A stretch of 64,000 bases of DNA from Octopus vulgaris (taxonomy: Eukaryota): assembly GCA_951406725.2 (NCBI GenBank), contig OX597823.1:1364001-1428000 (forward strand), read 5' to 3'. The notes beneath the pieces were generated by a model. That model made no database searches and had not been told where the DNA came from. It saw only the letters and a program-made list of their open reading frames with translations. Of this stretch, positions 63,297-64,000 are shown in pieces. The first letter of the stretch is position 1, and each line of letters opens with the position of its first letter. The translations under genes and the position numbers were made by a program.

Positions 63297-64000
63297 TGTA
63301 ACACAATGTAGGTAAAATGCACCGGAGTCTTTAGTCATCTGTCAAGTCACAACAAGGACCTCAGACAGATAATAGTTTCTTTAAGATGTGCGCTGTGCCC
63401 AATAAGGCTGCTTTTTGCAAGACATAATCTTGCGAGGTATTTCCAGTTGCCTTAAGAAGTCTTGAGGTTTCCATGGGATTGATCCCAACGCTCCGATCAG
63501 CACTGGTATCGCTATTACATTACACTATCGCATTCCATACAGTCTTGCCATTTCCACTTTCAATTCGCTTTTGAAGGCAATATTTTTCTCACTCACTGCA
63601 GATACTCTGTTTTTCGGGGGGTTTTTTTGTCTTTTCCTTCATGTTGTTGCGTTTCATTCCATCTGCCTCAAGTATTTCCAGGTATTTACCGCTGGATTGA
63701 GGTTGGATTGCCTTCATCATTTCACCGCTTGGCAAACCTATACCTTCTATCCTGACAATTCTGCTTTGGGGATAGCTTCAAGAAATCCATGAATACATCT
63801 TCCCAGATTATACCCCAACCTTGTTTTCTGTAGTATTTCACTCAAGAGTATCACTCCCAGAGCGAAAACAGTGGCGACACACGGCACCTCTGGAAGATTC
63901 CTCTCTTCATTTTCACTTCTCCTAATACTTGATTTCCTGCTATCAATTCCGTTCATGCTGTTTATGGCCTTCAAGCTATTCCATATATGGCTTCTCATTT
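63297..64000 (-). mobile_element. R4/Dong-like element D, degenerate and internally deleted, continuing beyond the window
   Basis: Minus strand LGEVKMKRGIFQ, ILLSEILQKT..GY and LQKAALLGTAHILR. The 3' end runs into (AAT)n. Confidence 0.85.

Overview
This is AT-rich eukaryotic DNA, intergenic or intronic, saturated with microsatellites and transposable elements. The SINE families and repeat landscape suggest an octopus/cephalopod genome (inference). No host protein-coding exon could be supported, and most ORFs in the track are microsatellite artefacts. Recognisable content: Penelope-like elements (PLEs; RT remnants, GIY-YIG endonuclease, hammerhead ribozyme motifs), R4/Dong-like RLE retrotransposons clustered in (AAT)n arrays, two RTE-clade LINEs, L1/Tx1-like and CR1-like fragments, a mariner pseudogene, a non-autonomous Helitron and many tRNA-derived SINEs. 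Most notable: (1) a young RTE LINE at 43678-48021 with 11-bp TSDs and twin-priming geometry, whose inverted 5' half carries about 0.9 kb of extra, apparently non-element sequence; (2) a 346-nt hairpin at 22621-22966 whose mismatches are almost all T(left):G(right); (3) an intact type I hammerhead ribozyme at 9166-9261 plus several degenerate or minimal ones; (4) an orientation-specific pile-up of elements in (AAT)n, including a structured non-coding 557-nt element present three times. Coordinates of degenerate elements are approximate and all alignments and folds were done by eye.
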